The notes beneath the pieces are model-generated. The model searched no databases, was not told the origin of the DNA, and saw only the letters and a list, made by a program, of their open reading frames with translations. From a virus, in IMG/VR virus record IMGVR_UViG_3300042465_006864, positions 1 through 64,000 of that record: 64,000 bases of DNA. One strand, written 5' to 3'. A program made the translations under genes and the position numbers. Positions 20,444 through 30,261 of this stretch are shown here, piece after piece (position 1 is the first letter of the stretch; each line of letters opens with the position of its first letter).

Positions 20444-20844
20444 TTGAAAGCTTCCTTTAACCTTGCAAATGCTTTTACATCCAATTCGCATTCGCTAGGC
20501 TCATAAATGTGGAATTTTTTAGTATTGAGAGAGTAAATAACAAAAGGAACGCAACACGCCTCTGCCATTTTAATATCAAACTCAGATGGATTCTCATCTC
20601 CTATAATGTGGCTATGAAAAATAGCCAACATATCATTATCGTTGGCAAACATCAGATACGATGCTGGATTAATTGCAAAAAAGTTTTTAGGATCAGCGGC
20701 ATCATTCCTTTCAACTGTAGCTACATATTCGGGACTATCCCATCCAATGAATCCACATACTTCTTGCATCACTTGTCCATTGCAAGCATTGACGACGAAA
20801 TCGCGTATTTTAGCGATTGATTTGCTTTGTATTTCTTTAACCAT
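20440..20844 (-). CDS. tail assembly protein K-like (JAB/MPN domain only)
   Basis: EVCGFI...AIFHSH...PSEFD JAMM motif; lies between L and I; no NlpC/P60 domain. Confidence 0.85.
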   Translation of the reverse strand: MVKEIQSKSIAKIRDFVVNACNGQVMQEVCGFIGWDSPEYVATVERNDAADPKNFFAINPASYLMFANDNDMLAIFHSHIIGDENPSEFDIKMAEACCVPFVIYSLNTKKFHIYEPSECELDVKAFARLKEAFK

Positions 20845-23116
20845 ACTTTTCTGTTCCTGGGAATCCGCCAAATGGCAATTCTATGTTTTGTTTTTGAGTA
20901 TTGATAACTTGTGTAAGTGGTACTGAAGCAGTAACGCTAGTATTTAAACTAGATAGGTTATCACCTGATACGATTAGTTTTTTGCTAGAATTATTTTGTG
21001 CGTTAATTCCTGTAGTAGAATCATTGATTTGCATTTCCCACCATCCTATCAGGCTTTGTGTATTTGATTGTTTTCCAGAAAAATCACTATAGTCTCTATA
21101 CACCGATTGATTGTGATCGTCAATTCTCACGTTGATGCCGCTAGAGCCAGTCCAGAATGCTGTTGGTCCAAACTTAATTGGACTTACCAATTCCATATTG
21201 CTAACAATTTGATTTGATGCTTCGCGAGGACTTGGAACAAATTCGTTACCAGTTGGAAACTGCCAATCATTTAATCCAAACTTGAGGCGATATTGATTGC
21301 TTACAATGCCATTTTGATAATCATAATTTTTAAATTTAAAATATTCACCTACTGATCCAGATAAAGTAAAGCGACTTGTTTCAGATATTCCATCAGTCAA
21401 TTCAATATAGCCAGCAGTTGTTACAGTGGGCGATAGTCCAGTTGCATTTCCACCTGAACATATCAAATGCAATGGTCGCAATTCATCATTTTTCCATGGT
21501 AGAGTTAGAGTTCTATTTGTTTGTTGAGCGCCCGTGGTGCGTGTTGCAAAGTCTAATAAAAGATTTTGTCCAGAAAGGTATAAATTAATACCGCTATATC
21601 GACAGCCACCGCTGATATTGTGCAATACCGAATAAAGTTCATTCGGATATAAATCACGACCACTCAATCCAATCCATGTAGAGATTTGGAAAAAGTCGTT
21701 TCTATGCAAAGGGATTGTTTCTTGATCATAGTAAAGCAAATTTGGGGGATTGGTTTCAAATACAGCTACTTCACTTAACGATGGAACTGTTGTTACTCCA
21801 CTTCCTGAAATAATAATTTTTTTGACTAGCTGATTAGCAAATCCTGTAGTTGCTCGCGTTCCGTTCGTTGGCACACTAAGTGTTCCACTTTGAATTACCG
21901 AGTTAACATCATTAAATAAACGAATATAAGCATTATTAAAATGAAGCTTTTTAGATAGATTATCGTATAAATCAATTCGATTGATATTTTTAGCACTTGA
22001 CCATTCAAAAGTTAACATTGCTCCTGTTTTAGCTTTGCCGCTCGCTTGCCAAAAATCATTTGCTCCTGTTAATAAATTTACAACATTAGTTGCTGGCGAT
22101 CCAGGTATTGAAGAAGATCCAGATACGACAGCATCAGGAGCGATATTATTATAGCGTAGTGTTTTATTTCGCGATGTGAAATCAACAAAATTTGCTGTTC
22201 TTTGAATAGTTGATTCATTAAATTCAATTGCTCCTTTGCCAAAACGCAATTTGCAGCCATCTAGTTTTTTATTGCAGCCATCTCGCTTCCAGAGTGATGG
22301 ATTTTTATCGGGTATTGTAGAACTAGAACCGCTGTGTCCAGATTGACAAACATACCAAATTTTTGCAAATTGAGTTTGCGATGAATCGCTTGGATCAGCA
22401 ATGGTAATTTTTTGATTTTCAATATATGCAGCACTGCCCGAAGCATAGAACTGTTGCTCAGACCATTTTTTTTGAGCCTGATTAGTGAACCAGTCAACTG
22501 GATCTGCTACGTTCAACTTTTCTCCTTCTTCAGTAGCAACGGGAATGCCATTATAATTGCATCCATTGCCGCGATAATGCCAAGAACAATATCGAGACAT
22601 AATCAAACGATTGTTAATTTCAAAATTTTCTAAGTCTAATGGCGAAGTCAACTCTAGCTCAATAAATACTTTGTTCTCTGCTGTCTTTTGACCGATAACA
22701 AAAGTATCGTTAGAAAGTTCTGCTGATGCATCTGCTTGACTCCAAGGGTTTCCACCATCAAAGTTGACATCATCCAAATATTTTACAAAAGTTCTTTTGC
22801 GAACGATTTTAGCGAATTGCAGATCGTCATTATTAATCAACAAATCAGTGGCGAAATAATCCTTGTTGGAAATACGTATTTTGGGTCTAGCTAATTGACC
22901 GTTGGCATTTACTTCGAAGCCATCAGTTTCTACGGGAATAGGCAAATACTCAATACCTTGCCATACAATTCCTTTGTTATAGACAGATCCACCATGAAAT
23001 GCAATAAATGCATTTGGATTGTCAACAGTATTGAAATAGAGTAAAAAAAGCTCTATAATAGCTGTGGGTTGCAGCTCCAATAAACTGCTTGCTATCCGAT
23101 CTTGTCCTTGTGCCAT
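20837..23116 (-). CDS. minor tail protein L-like with large insertion
   Basis: IVWQGIEYLPIPVETDGFE, RKRTFVKYLD, ELELTSPLD, CSWHYRGNGC, GCNKKLDGCKLRFG and terminal LPFGGFPG. Confidence 0.9.
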   Translation of the reverse strand: MAQGQDRIASSLLELQPTAIIELFLLYFNTVDNPNAFIAFHGGSVYNKGIVWQGIEYLPIPVETDGFEVNANGQLARPKIRISNKDYFATDLLINNDDLQFAKIVRKRTFVKYLDDVNFDGGNPWSQADASAELSNDTFVIGQKTAENKVFIELELTSPLDLENFEINNRLIMSRYCSWHYRGNGCNYNGIPVATEEGEKLNVADPVDWFTNQAQKKWSEQQFYASGSAAYIENQKITIADPSDSSQTQFAKIWYVCQSGHSGSSSTIPDKNPSLWKRDGCNKKLDGCKLRFGKGAIEFNESTIQRTANFVDFTSRNKTLRYNNIAPDAVVSGSSSIPGSPATNVVNLLTGANDFWQASGKAKTGAMLTFEWSSAKNINRIDLYDNLSKKLHFNNAYIRLFNDVNSVIQSGTLSVPTNGTRATTGFANQLVKKIIISGSGVTTVPSLSEVAVFETNPPNLLYYDQETIPLHRNDFFQISTWIGLSGRDLYPNELYSVLHNISGGCRYSGINLYLSGQNLLLDFATRTTGAQQTNRTLTLPWKNDELRPLHLICSGGNATGLSPTVTTAGYIELTDGISETSRFTLSGSVGEYFKFKNYDYQNGIVSNQYRLKFGLNDWQFPTGNEFVPSPREASNQIVSNMELVSPIKFGPTAFWTGSSGINVRIDDHNQSVYRDYSDFSGKQSNTQSLIGWWEMQINDSTTGINAQNNSSKKLIVSGDNLSSLNTSVTASVPLTQVINTQKQNIELPFGGFPGTEKYG

Positions 23117-23124
23117 ACTCTAAT

Positions 23125-23130
23125 TTACAC
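23125..23130 (-). promoter_or_regulatory. GTGTAA putative late-promoter motif heading the L-K-I-J operon
   Basis: 8 nt upstream of ATG 23116. Confidence 0.75.
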
Positions 23131-23147
23131 TATTATAAATTAAAAAA

Positions 23148-23606
23148 ATGAACTTTCAGCAGTTAAACAACAGCAATCCCATAGTTCAATCAGCATTTGA
23201 AAATTTTTGCATTCGCTCTAAGCCTTATGATTTTTGCTCAATTAAAAATCCATCAATTCGCACAACACAAATTAAAAAATACTACGAATATCTTGTAGAG
23301 ACAACTGACATTTTTTATCTCATGCAAAGAGATCATTTAAGATTCTTTGTTTCCATTAAGCGCGAAGAATCTCAAATAACAATAGAATTTATTTTTGGCG
23401 ATGCCGCGACAATGCTAAAAGATTTTTGCGTCTTTCGCGACTACTATTGGAATCGCAATAATTGCCATCTTCCATTTGCCACAGAAATTAAACGCAAGCA
23501 CAAATTAAAACCATTTTTAAATTTCATACAAAAAAAAGATCCCAGCGCAAAATTTTCGCTTGACAATGGCAAGATTTTGGTATCATATAGCAGAGATGGC
23601 TTATAA
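23148..23606 (+). CDS. hypothetical protein
   Basis: 152-aa ORF divergent from the L gene. Confidence 0.6.
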   Translation: MNFQQLNNSNPIVQSAFENFCIRSKPYDFCSIKNPSIRTTQIKKYYEYLVETTDIFYLMQRDHLRFFVSIKREESQITIEFIFGDAATMLKDFCVFRDYYWNRNNCHLPFATEIKRKHKLKPFLNFIQKKDPSAKFSLDNGKILVSYSRDGL

Positions 23607-24114
23607 AAACAGATACGACAAAACAGGCGAAGCATTCGAGAGCGGCGATAAAGCTGAGTCCTCGTTTGAAAGCTCTATGATAAAAGCAGGTTTATCTTGC
23701 GAGAAATCCTCTTTTCAAGAAGAGATTCGTCACATTGACTATTGGGTCGAAGGAGCGAAGCTTCCAAGAACAGCAGTGGATGTAAAATCGCGCAAGAAAG
23801 TAAAACGCGCAGATGACAAATATAACGATGACGTAGTTTGGATTGAGTTTGCAAACGTGCAAGGAAAAAGGGGTTGGCTTTATGGAGCTTCCAACATCAT
23901 TGCATTTGAGCGTGAACACGACTTCCTACTTGTAGATAGAAAGCTTTTGGCGCGGCTCTGTGAAAAGCTATGCGATCTTTCCCAACTCAACGTAGAGGTT
24001 CGTATGCCACTATATACTGGCTACCAAAGAAGAGGGCGTAAAGATCTTCTTTCTTTGATTAAAATGACAGACATCGTTGACGGAATCAAACACACAATAC
24101 TTAAAAAACAATGA
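23596..24114 (+). CDS. PD-(D/E)XK nuclease-like protein
   Basis: HIDYWV...VDVKSRK...WIEFANVQGKRGWLYG; start set at ATG 23596 after TTGACA at 23560. Confidence 0.65.
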   Translation: MAYKNRYDKTGEAFESGDKAESSFESSMIKAGLSCEKSSFQEEIRHIDYWVEGAKLPRTAVDVKSRKKVKRADDKYNDDVVWIEFANVQGKRGWLYGASNIIAFEREHDFLLVDRKLLARLCEKLCDLSQLNVEVRMPLYTGYQRRGRKDLLSLIKMTDIVDGIKHTILKKQ

Positions 24115-24622
24115 AAATGCCTAAAGTAACAATCATTGGTCAAAACCATCTCTTTCCATGGAAGCTTGGCGACGAGCCTATTTGTGAGGAATTTAAACCA
24201 ATGCCCGAAAAATTACACAAAATAGTTCTTGACAAAGTTCAATACATAATGCAAATTAACTCCACGCAAATTGACGGCAACGAAATATTCATCGACTGTT
24301 ACGTTACCAACAATTTCGACACTGGACGAGTTGCTTTCAAATTGACTTATGAATAACTTTCAAACAATCTCAGCAATAATCATTCTAATTATCCTAGAAA
24401 CAATAAAATAACAATATGGCATACAGCAAATACAGAGTATTCGACAAAAAAAATAACTTCCATCAATCGTATGATGGAGCATTAAAAGGCGCAGAGCAAT
24501 GGGCAAGAGATTGCGCAAAGAAAATCGGCGGCTATGTTTTTCAATATAGCGAGTTCGATTTTGCCAATGGCACGAACCCATTCAAGCTTTACGATTTCGT
24601 AGATCAAGGCAAATCAAAATGA
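24111..24622 (+). other. two small hypothetical CDSs (24111..24356, 24416..24622)
   Basis: Co-oriented ORFs in operon context. Confidence 0.55.
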
Positions 24623-25149
24623 GCGTATATTTCGTAGGCGATCCACACTTGGGTCACAAGAACATCCCTAAATATCGACCATGGGTAAAATCTGTGGAAG
24701 AAAATACGACGATGTTTTGTAGTTATTGGCAGCGCACTATCCGCAAAAATGACACTGTTTACGTCATGGGCGATGCTGCATTTTCTGATGAGGCTTTGGA
24801 GGTTTACAAAAAACTGTGTGGTCGCAAAATCCTTGTAAAAGGAAATCACGATGACTATGTTTCAACAAAACTCCAAGCAGAAGTATTTGATGAAATCTAT
24901 GGCATGTTGTCATACAAGCGAACGTGGCTAACGCACTGTCCTATTCACCCGCTTGAAATGCGAGGTCGAGTAGCAAACATTCACGGACACGTTCACTCCA
25001 AAAGCATTCAAAAGAAAACTTGGTATGGCGCTTGGAAAGATGATCCTCAATACATCAATACGTGCGTCGATCATGTTTACGAAAAAACTGGAGGATATAC
25101 GATCTTTACCCCTCTTGAAGAAATCAAAGCAAAACTAAATATCAAGTGA
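24619..25149 (+). CDS. calcineurin-like metallophosphoesterase
   Basis: GDPHLGH, MGD, KGNHD, THCP, HGHVH motifs. Confidence 0.9.
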   Translation: MSVYFVGDPHLGHKNIPKYRPWVKSVEENTTMFCSYWQRTIRKNDTVYVMGDAAFSDEALEVYKKLCGRKILVKGNHDDYVSTKLQAEVFDEIYGMLSYKRTWLTHCPIHPLEMRGRVANIHGHVHSKSIQKKTWYGAWKDDPQYINTCVDHVYEKTGGYTIFTPLEEIKAKLNIK

Positions 25150-25556
25150 AAAATAAAAATGTAATTATTCTGCGCGGAGTAAGTGGATCTGGCAAATCCA
25201 CTGCTGCGACATTGTTTGGCGGCAATGTAAAAATTTGCTGCGCCGATGATTTCTTTACTTCTGATGAAGGCGTATATCAATTCGAAGCATGGCGCACTCC
25301 AGAGGCTCACGAACACTGTCGCAACGCTTTTGTTGCGGCATTGCAAGACGAACAGATTGATACTATCGTGGTAGCAAATACTAATAGTCGAGAGCAAGAA
25401 TTTGCTTTTTACGATGAAAAGGCAAAAGAAATCGGGGCGAATGTATTTTATTTTGTGATTGAAAATCGTCATGGAAACACTGATATTCACAATGTTCCCA
25501 TTGATGCAAAATCGCGTCAACTCAACAATATCATCAACTCTTTGAAACTTATTTAA
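25146..25556 (+). CDS. P-loop kinase (polynucleotide-kinase-like, AAA_33)
   Basis: RGVSGSGKST Walker A; ADDFF; VVANTN; HNVP. Confidence 0.85.
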   Translation: MKNKNVIILRGVSGSGKSTAATLFGGNVKICCADDFFTSDEGVYQFEAWRTPEAHEHCRNAFVAALQDEQIDTIVVANTNSREQEFAFYDEKAKEIGANVFYFVIENRHGNTDIHNVPIDAKSRQLNNIINSLKLI

Positions 25557-25909
25557 TGAAAACAATTATCGCTGGAAGCAGAGATAAAGTTTCCTATCAA
25601 GATGTAGTCGATGCCATCAAAACATGTCCATGGACAGTCACAGAAGTCGTCTGTGGTAAAGCGAGGGGCGCAGATACATTTGGAGAGACTTTTGCCTATA
25701 ACGCTAACATACCTGTAAAAGAATTTCCCGCTGATTGGAAAGCTCTTGGCAAGTCTGCTGGAATTATTAGAAATAAACAAATGGGCGACTATGCAGATGC
25801 ATTGATCGCAGTCTGGGATGGAGTAAGCAGAGGCACTAAGCACATGATTGATTACTCCACAAATAAAGGATTAAAAATACACGTTCATATTATTAAAGAT
25901 GACAAATAA
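25556..25909 (+). CDS. SLOG-superfamily YspA-like protein
   Basis: IIAGSR, GKARGAD, ADW...AGIIRNKQM, WDGVSRGTKHMI. Confidence 0.85.
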   Translation: MKTIIAGSRDKVSYQDVVDAIKTCPWTVTEVVCGKARGADTFGETFAYNANIPVKEFPADWKALGKSAGIIRNKQMGDYADALIAVWDGVSRGTKHMIDYSTNKGLKIHVHIIKDDK

Positions 25910-26573
25910 AGTAACCCTACTAGGGCATTATGGAAGCGACGAAATTATCGCTTGTAGCGCATGGACTTCAACAAGTCGCAATTTAACAGAGGATAAGAAA
26001 TCTCGTATCCCGAAATTGATAGACATGCTGTGGAGCAATGGACACGAAACGCCATTTGAAAAGGGGGTGGTTCACTTTCTAGTTGATACGGAAATTGCGA
26101 GTCACATTCATTTGCTTAAACATCGCATAGCATCCATCAATGCAGAATCCGCTCGATACAAAGAGCTAAAGGAAGACAAGTTTTATATTCCCAAGGATTG
26201 GGAGGGTATTCCTGCTTCATTTATTTCGGACAGATTTGGAACAACTATTGATGTCCATGGCGAAGATTGGACAACTGTCTTGGCAGAATATACCGAACTA
26301 GGCAATGAACTTTATCATAAATGCTTGGAACAACTTGAGCCTACTCTTGGGCGCAAACGATCAAAAGAAAGCGCTCGTTTCTTCAAGACTTACAATAGTC
26401 AAATTGAAGGAGATATAATGTTCAACATGCGATCTTTTGCTAACTTCATCAAGCTTCGTCGTAGCGAACATGCTCAAAAAGAAATTCGCGATATTGCTGA
26501 TGAAATGCTACAGCTTGTTAAACAAATAGATGGAAATCCTTTTGAACACACACTAAAAGCCTGGGGTTACTAA
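25899..26573 (+). CDS. thyX: flavin-dependent thymidylate synthase
   Basis: GHETPFE, KHRIASINAESARY (RHRxxSxxxxSxRY variant), NMRSFANFIKLR...HAQKEIR. Confidence 0.92.
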   Translation: MTNKVTLLGHYGSDEIIACSAWTSTSRNLTEDKKSRIPKLIDMLWSNGHETPFEKGVVHFLVDTEIASHIHLLKHRIASINAESARYKELKEDKFYIPKDWEGIPASFISDRFGTTIDVHGEDWTTVLAEYTELGNELYHKCLEQLEPTLGRKRSKESARFFKTYNSQIEGDIMFNMRSFANFIKLRRSEHAQKEIRDIADEMLQLVKQIDGNPFEHTLKAWGY

Positions 26574-26574
26574 T

Positions 26575-27122
26575 ATGAAAATCAATATTAAATACCACGA
26601 CATTGTTAATTATGTTCTGGGATTTTGCAGCTATCATCCACTGGAGCTAGTCATTGATCCTCTTCGATATAAAATCGGGGATGATTACATCAGCGATTCA
26701 AAAACTGGTTATTTGTTTTATCAAAACGATGACTATAGCAAATTTATGCAAAAAATCTCGACACTCAAAATGGCGGTAAAAAACTTTGATACCCTACAAG
26801 TTCAAGGTTTTTGCCGAGAAATCGAACAATTTGCTCCATTGGAGGTTAGACTATCATGATTTCAGCCAAAGTATCGCAGATAATTAGCGTCGATCTTTCA
26901 CCTTCCGAGGCAAAAGAGGTTGCGATCAAGTATATCTGTGCTGTTTTTGATTGGAAAGCATCTTATTCGATACGTGCAGATGGCGATAGCAGTGAAGATT
27001 GGGTGTTTCATAAAACGACTGTTTATTCTTCTCATTCCTTTGAGACTGAATTCAGAGTTCGAAAAGCAACCGAGCGAGACAAAATGATCTGTCAATTTAT
27101 TGAAGAAATGAAGAATACTTAA
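26575..27122 (+). other. two small hypothetical CDSs (26575..26859, 26856..27122)
   Basis: Co-oriented, overlapping ORFs after thyX. Confidence 0.55.
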
Positions 27123-27131
27123 AAAAATACG

Positions 27132-27137
27132 GTGTAA
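27132..27137 (+). promoter_or_regulatory. GTGTAA putative late-promoter motif
   Basis: 10 nt upstream of the amidase GTG 27148. Confidence 0.7.
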
Positions 27138-27147
27138 ATATAGGGAA

Positions 27148-27750
27148 GTGAAAAACCTTTTCTCAAAACTTACAAGTTTACTTGGGGCGAAATCTTCGAC
27201 CCCAAGTTTGCCGCTTTCTAGCCCCAAGACACCAAATAAAATGCCTAATAAATATCCTGAAACAGTTGCTTTGTCACCTCAAACAAACGGACCACGCGCA
27301 CGTAAAATTGCTCCAAAAGCTATTGTTATGCATGATACCGAAGGCAATTACAACGGCTCTATTGATTGGACTAGCAAAATCAATAATCCATCGACTGGCG
27401 AAAGACTTTATGCTAGCTATCATTGCATTATTGCGCGTGACGGCAGACGCACAATCACGAATCGCGATGATAATAGAGCGTATCACGCTGGCGTAAGCTC
27501 GTTTAAAGGCATGACTAGCCTCAATAATTGCTCTATTGGTGTAGCATTTGAGCGTAGTTCATACACAGAACCACTACAAACTGCCGCAATTGAGTCTGCA
27601 ATTGAATATATCGTGCCGCTCATGAAGAAGTGGAATATCACTCTCGACATGGTTACTGACCACAGAACCATTGCTCCAAATCGCAAAAAAGATCTCAATC
27701 CAAAAGAATTTGCTAAATTTTACGAAGCGTTAAAAAAGCATTTTAAATAA
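27148..27750 (+). CDS. N-acetylmuramoyl-L-alanine amidase (endolysin)
   Basis: IVMHDT, ASYHCII, RAYHAG, NNCSIGVAFE, DHRTIAPNRKKD (Amidase_2). Confidence 0.9.
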   Translation: MKNLFSKLTSLLGAKSSTPSLPLSSPKTPNKMPNKYPETVALSPQTNGPRARKIAPKAIVMHDTEGNYNGSIDWTSKINNPSTGERLYASYHCIIARDGRRTITNRDDNRAYHAGVSSFKGMTSLNNCSIGVAFERSSYTEPLQTAAIESAIEYIVPLMKKWNITLDMVTDHRTIAPNRKKDLNPKEFAKFYEALKKHFK

Positions 27751-27759
27751 AAAAATCTA

Positions 27760-27765
27760 GTGTAA
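27760..27765 (+). promoter_or_regulatory. GTGTAA putative late-promoter motif
   Basis: 10 nt upstream of ATG 27776. Confidence 0.7.
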
Positions 27766-27775
27766 ATAGCTGCAA

Positions 27776-28093
27776 ATGGAGCCAGAAAAATCAATAATCA
27801 AGGAGTTTTTGGAGGGTGGTTGGGTCATTCCTCTGATCGGTGCGGCAGCAATGTTAGCTCGCTTATTGTCGGCTCAGAAAAAAATTGGTATGATTGAATA
27901 CGCAAAAAAGATCACCGCAGCGGCGATCTCTTCTTCTATTGCGTGGTTTATTTTGGAGCAGACAGATATTTCGTCGCTCTATAAAGCTATTTGTTATGGT
28001 ATTATCGGTGTCATTAGTCCAGAAATAATCAATGGAATCATCAAACTTGGCAAACGATTCCAAGAAGACCCCGAAAAATACATCAAAAAGTAA
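27776..28093 (+). CDS. putative holin
   Basis: Three hydrophobic segments and a basic C-terminus; adjacent to the amidase. Confidence 0.7.
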   Translation: MEPEKSIIKEFLEGGWVIPLIGAAAMLARLLSAQKKIGMIEYAKKITAAAISSSIAWFILEQTDISSLYKAICYGIIGVISPEIINGIIKLGKRFQEDPEKYIKK

Positions 28094-28696
28094 TTATCTT
28101 TTATAGTAATCAAAAAAACAAGTCATTACTTCCATATTGATATTACTGAAATGACTAGCAGGAAGTAGATTCTCTGGCACTAGATCATGCAGTTTCTCGC
28201 ATTCATACAAGCTTTTGCGGCGTGACCACCGTTTAGTCAGAAACACATACTGATAATAATACAAATAAGTATTCGCATTACGAGCATAGATTTCGGGGCT
28301 GGTGATATTAAATTTCTTGATTAAATTCAGCGCTCTGCGCTCACAATCCCTCTCTACGGCAATTACTTTGACAAACTCGTCCCATTGCCGCAATGACACC
28401 TTGCCCTTATCTAAGGCGCTCCAAATGTCTCCAGACTCATACCATGCTGGAATACGCTCAACTGCCTGTGTCAGATGAGCAAATTCGTGAATAAATATAG
28501 TATGAAAATTAGGATTCTTGGTAGCTACAACCATTTCATCTCCATCGCAAAAACCGCCGCACTTAAAATCTTTAAATGCTTCTTGTGATACGGTTTTGCG
28601 TGGAACTAACGTAATTGTTTTTTCGTGCTTTTGGCAATATTCATGCACATATTCTTTGAACTTTTCAAAGTTTTTGAGATTAATTTTCGCCCTCAT
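28094..28696 (-). CDS. zincin-like metallopeptidase-motif protein
   Basis: IFIHEFAH (HExxH) with downstream E. Confidence 0.6.
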   Translation of the reverse strand: MRAKINLKNFEKFKEYVHEYCQKHEKTITLVPRKTVSQEAFKDFKCGGFCDGDEMVVATKNPNFHTIFIHEFAHLTQAVERIPAWYESGDIWSALDKGKVSLRQWDEFVKVIAVERDCERRALNLIKKFNITSPEIYARNANTYLYYYQYVFLTKRWSRRKSLYECEKLHDLVPENLLPASHFSNINMEVMTCFFDYYKR

Positions 28697-28964
28697 AAGT
28701 CACTATACCCAAAGCTTGAAATAAGTCTTTATCGCTTTTTGTCATCAGAGTCACGAAACATGGCGTAGAATCGCCAACGTAAGCGCCAATTTGATTGTAT
28801 TCAAAAAACTCTTCAGCTTCATCATACGACATTCCATCGTCTATTAGCTTTGCTAGAATTTTTCTTTTATCATAGCAAAGAATAGGGGGTCTGCCGAATT
28901 GCTCGACAACCCCCACAATGCATTTTTCATATCCGTCCATTTTCATAAATGGTTCTTCTGTCAT
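28680..28964 (-). CDS. hypothetical phage protein
   Basis: DGMSYDEAEEFFEYNQIGAYVGDSTP, a motif I recognise from phage hypotheticals. Confidence 0.7.
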   Translation of the reverse strand: MTEEPFMKMDGYEKCIVGVVEQFGRPPILCYDKRKILAKLIDDGMSYDEAEEFFEYNQIGAYVGDSTPCFVTLMTKSDKDLFQALGIVTYEGEN

Positions 28965-28991
28965 AAGCGTGTTTTGTTTTGTTATTGAAGT

Positions 28992-29086
28992 TGGCTAGCT
29001 GTGTAGGATTTGAACCCACATACTCCATTGAAGAGGAGATCTTAGTCCACGCAAGCATTAACGCCAGCATTTTAGATCAACAGCTA
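28992..29086 (-). ncRNA. aberrant tRNA-like RNA
   Basis: Acceptor TAGCTGT/ACAGCTA-G-CCA and T-arm GTGGG-TTCAAAT-CCTAC; no canonical D or anticodon arm. Confidence 0.65.
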
Positions 29087-29097
29087 ATAGAAAATTA

Positions 29098-29168
29098 TTG
29101 CGGGAACGGGGGTCGAACCCGTAGCTCTAGCTTATGAGACTCGCATGTTACCATTACACTATCCCGCG
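29098..29168 (-). tRNA. tRNA-Met(CAT), initiator-like (C1:A72 mismatch)
   Basis: CGCGGGA/TCCCGCA acceptor, loop CTCATAA, T-arm ACGGG-TTCGACC-CCCGT. Confidence 0.85.
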
Positions 29169-29197
29169 ATTTATTATAAGTTTTTTTGTGGTTGTTT

Positions 29198-29719
29198 TCA
29201 GTTGAATCTTCCCCTACCCATGTTTTCTTTTGCGGGTAAAGGTCTGATGTTCGAGTAATGCATTAGAGTTTTTAGCTCTTCAATATCATTTGCGGAAATT
29301 AAACATTTAATATGGTCAAAATGCCAAGTATCTCTACCTCTGTTTTCCCAAGTCATGTGATCTGTTAATTGATTTTGTATATAAGATTTAAATCCAGCAA
29401 AATCAATGCCAAAATATTGCTTCATACTTTGAGACATGTGACCATGTTTTGCCAATTTGTTTAAATCGTTTCTGATTTTAATAATCATTTTAACGAAGTC
29501 GCTCGAATGATAATGCAATTTGTCTTTTTGTCTTTTTGTTTCGCGATATTTTCTACGAAGTTCTTTTCTCGCAATTTCGTTTTCTTTATTGTATTGTAAA
29601 TATCTTTTGCGACAGCATTCTTTGCAAGGACTAGAAAGATAGCTATTTCCATTCTTAATAGAAATTAAACGGAATTCACTTTCGTTTTTCAATTGATCAC
29701 ATTTTTTACAGAGTTTCAT
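29198..29719 (-). CDS. HNH-type endonuclease with N-terminal Zn finger
   Basis: CKKC...CKEC; MTWEN...WHFDHIK...HYSNIRPLPAKEN. Confidence 0.8.
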   Translation of the reverse strand: MKLCKKCDQLKNESEFRLISIKNGNSYLSSPCKECCRKRYLQYNKENEIARKELRRKYRETKRQKDKLHYHSSDFVKMIIKIRNDLNKLAKHGHMSQSMKQYFGIDFAGFKSYIQNQLTDHMTWENRGRDTWHFDHIKCLISANDIEELKTLMHYSNIRPLPAKENMGRGRFN

Positions 29720-29723
29720 AATG

Positions 29724-30215
29724 TTAGCTACAATATTTGTCTCGCATGTTCATGAGTGAAAGTCTATCATCTAGTAGTTGATTGATTGTTGCCATCCACT
29801 TTGATTTTTTATCTACAGGAGCGTCATCCCATCCTTCTTTTGCCATAGACAGTTTATCGTCAATGGATTTGATAGATGCCAAAACGTCACCAGTTGTAAC
29901 ATTGTAGTCTTCGTTAATCTTCATTGTTTTGCGGTAGAGAGTTGTAGAAATATTCTGTTGCTGATTTTAAGGCGGGAAGAGAATGTATTTTTTGATTATA
30001 GTCGCGCAAGTGCAACTCCATCAAATAAGTAAATGCAATATCGCTTTTAGACATTCGTTGTAGTGATCGCCTTGCTTTCCAATACATCCACCAGTCCCAT
30101 TTATTGATTATCCAGTTTTTCATGGTGTTGAAAGAAATAAGATAGCAATAACTCCAAACATAACACACGTAATAAGTGCGTCCCATCCATTAGTTGTTGA
30201 AAGTAGTATGTCCAT
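29724..30215 (-). other. three small hypothetical CDSs (29724..29924, 29914..30123, 30120..30215)
   Basis: Overlapping co-oriented ORFs downstream of a minus-strand TTGACA at 30255-30260. Confidence 0.5.
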
Positions 30216-30261
30216 AATCTTGTGCGGGGCTATTTAAACAGATAGATTAACACTTGTCAAG

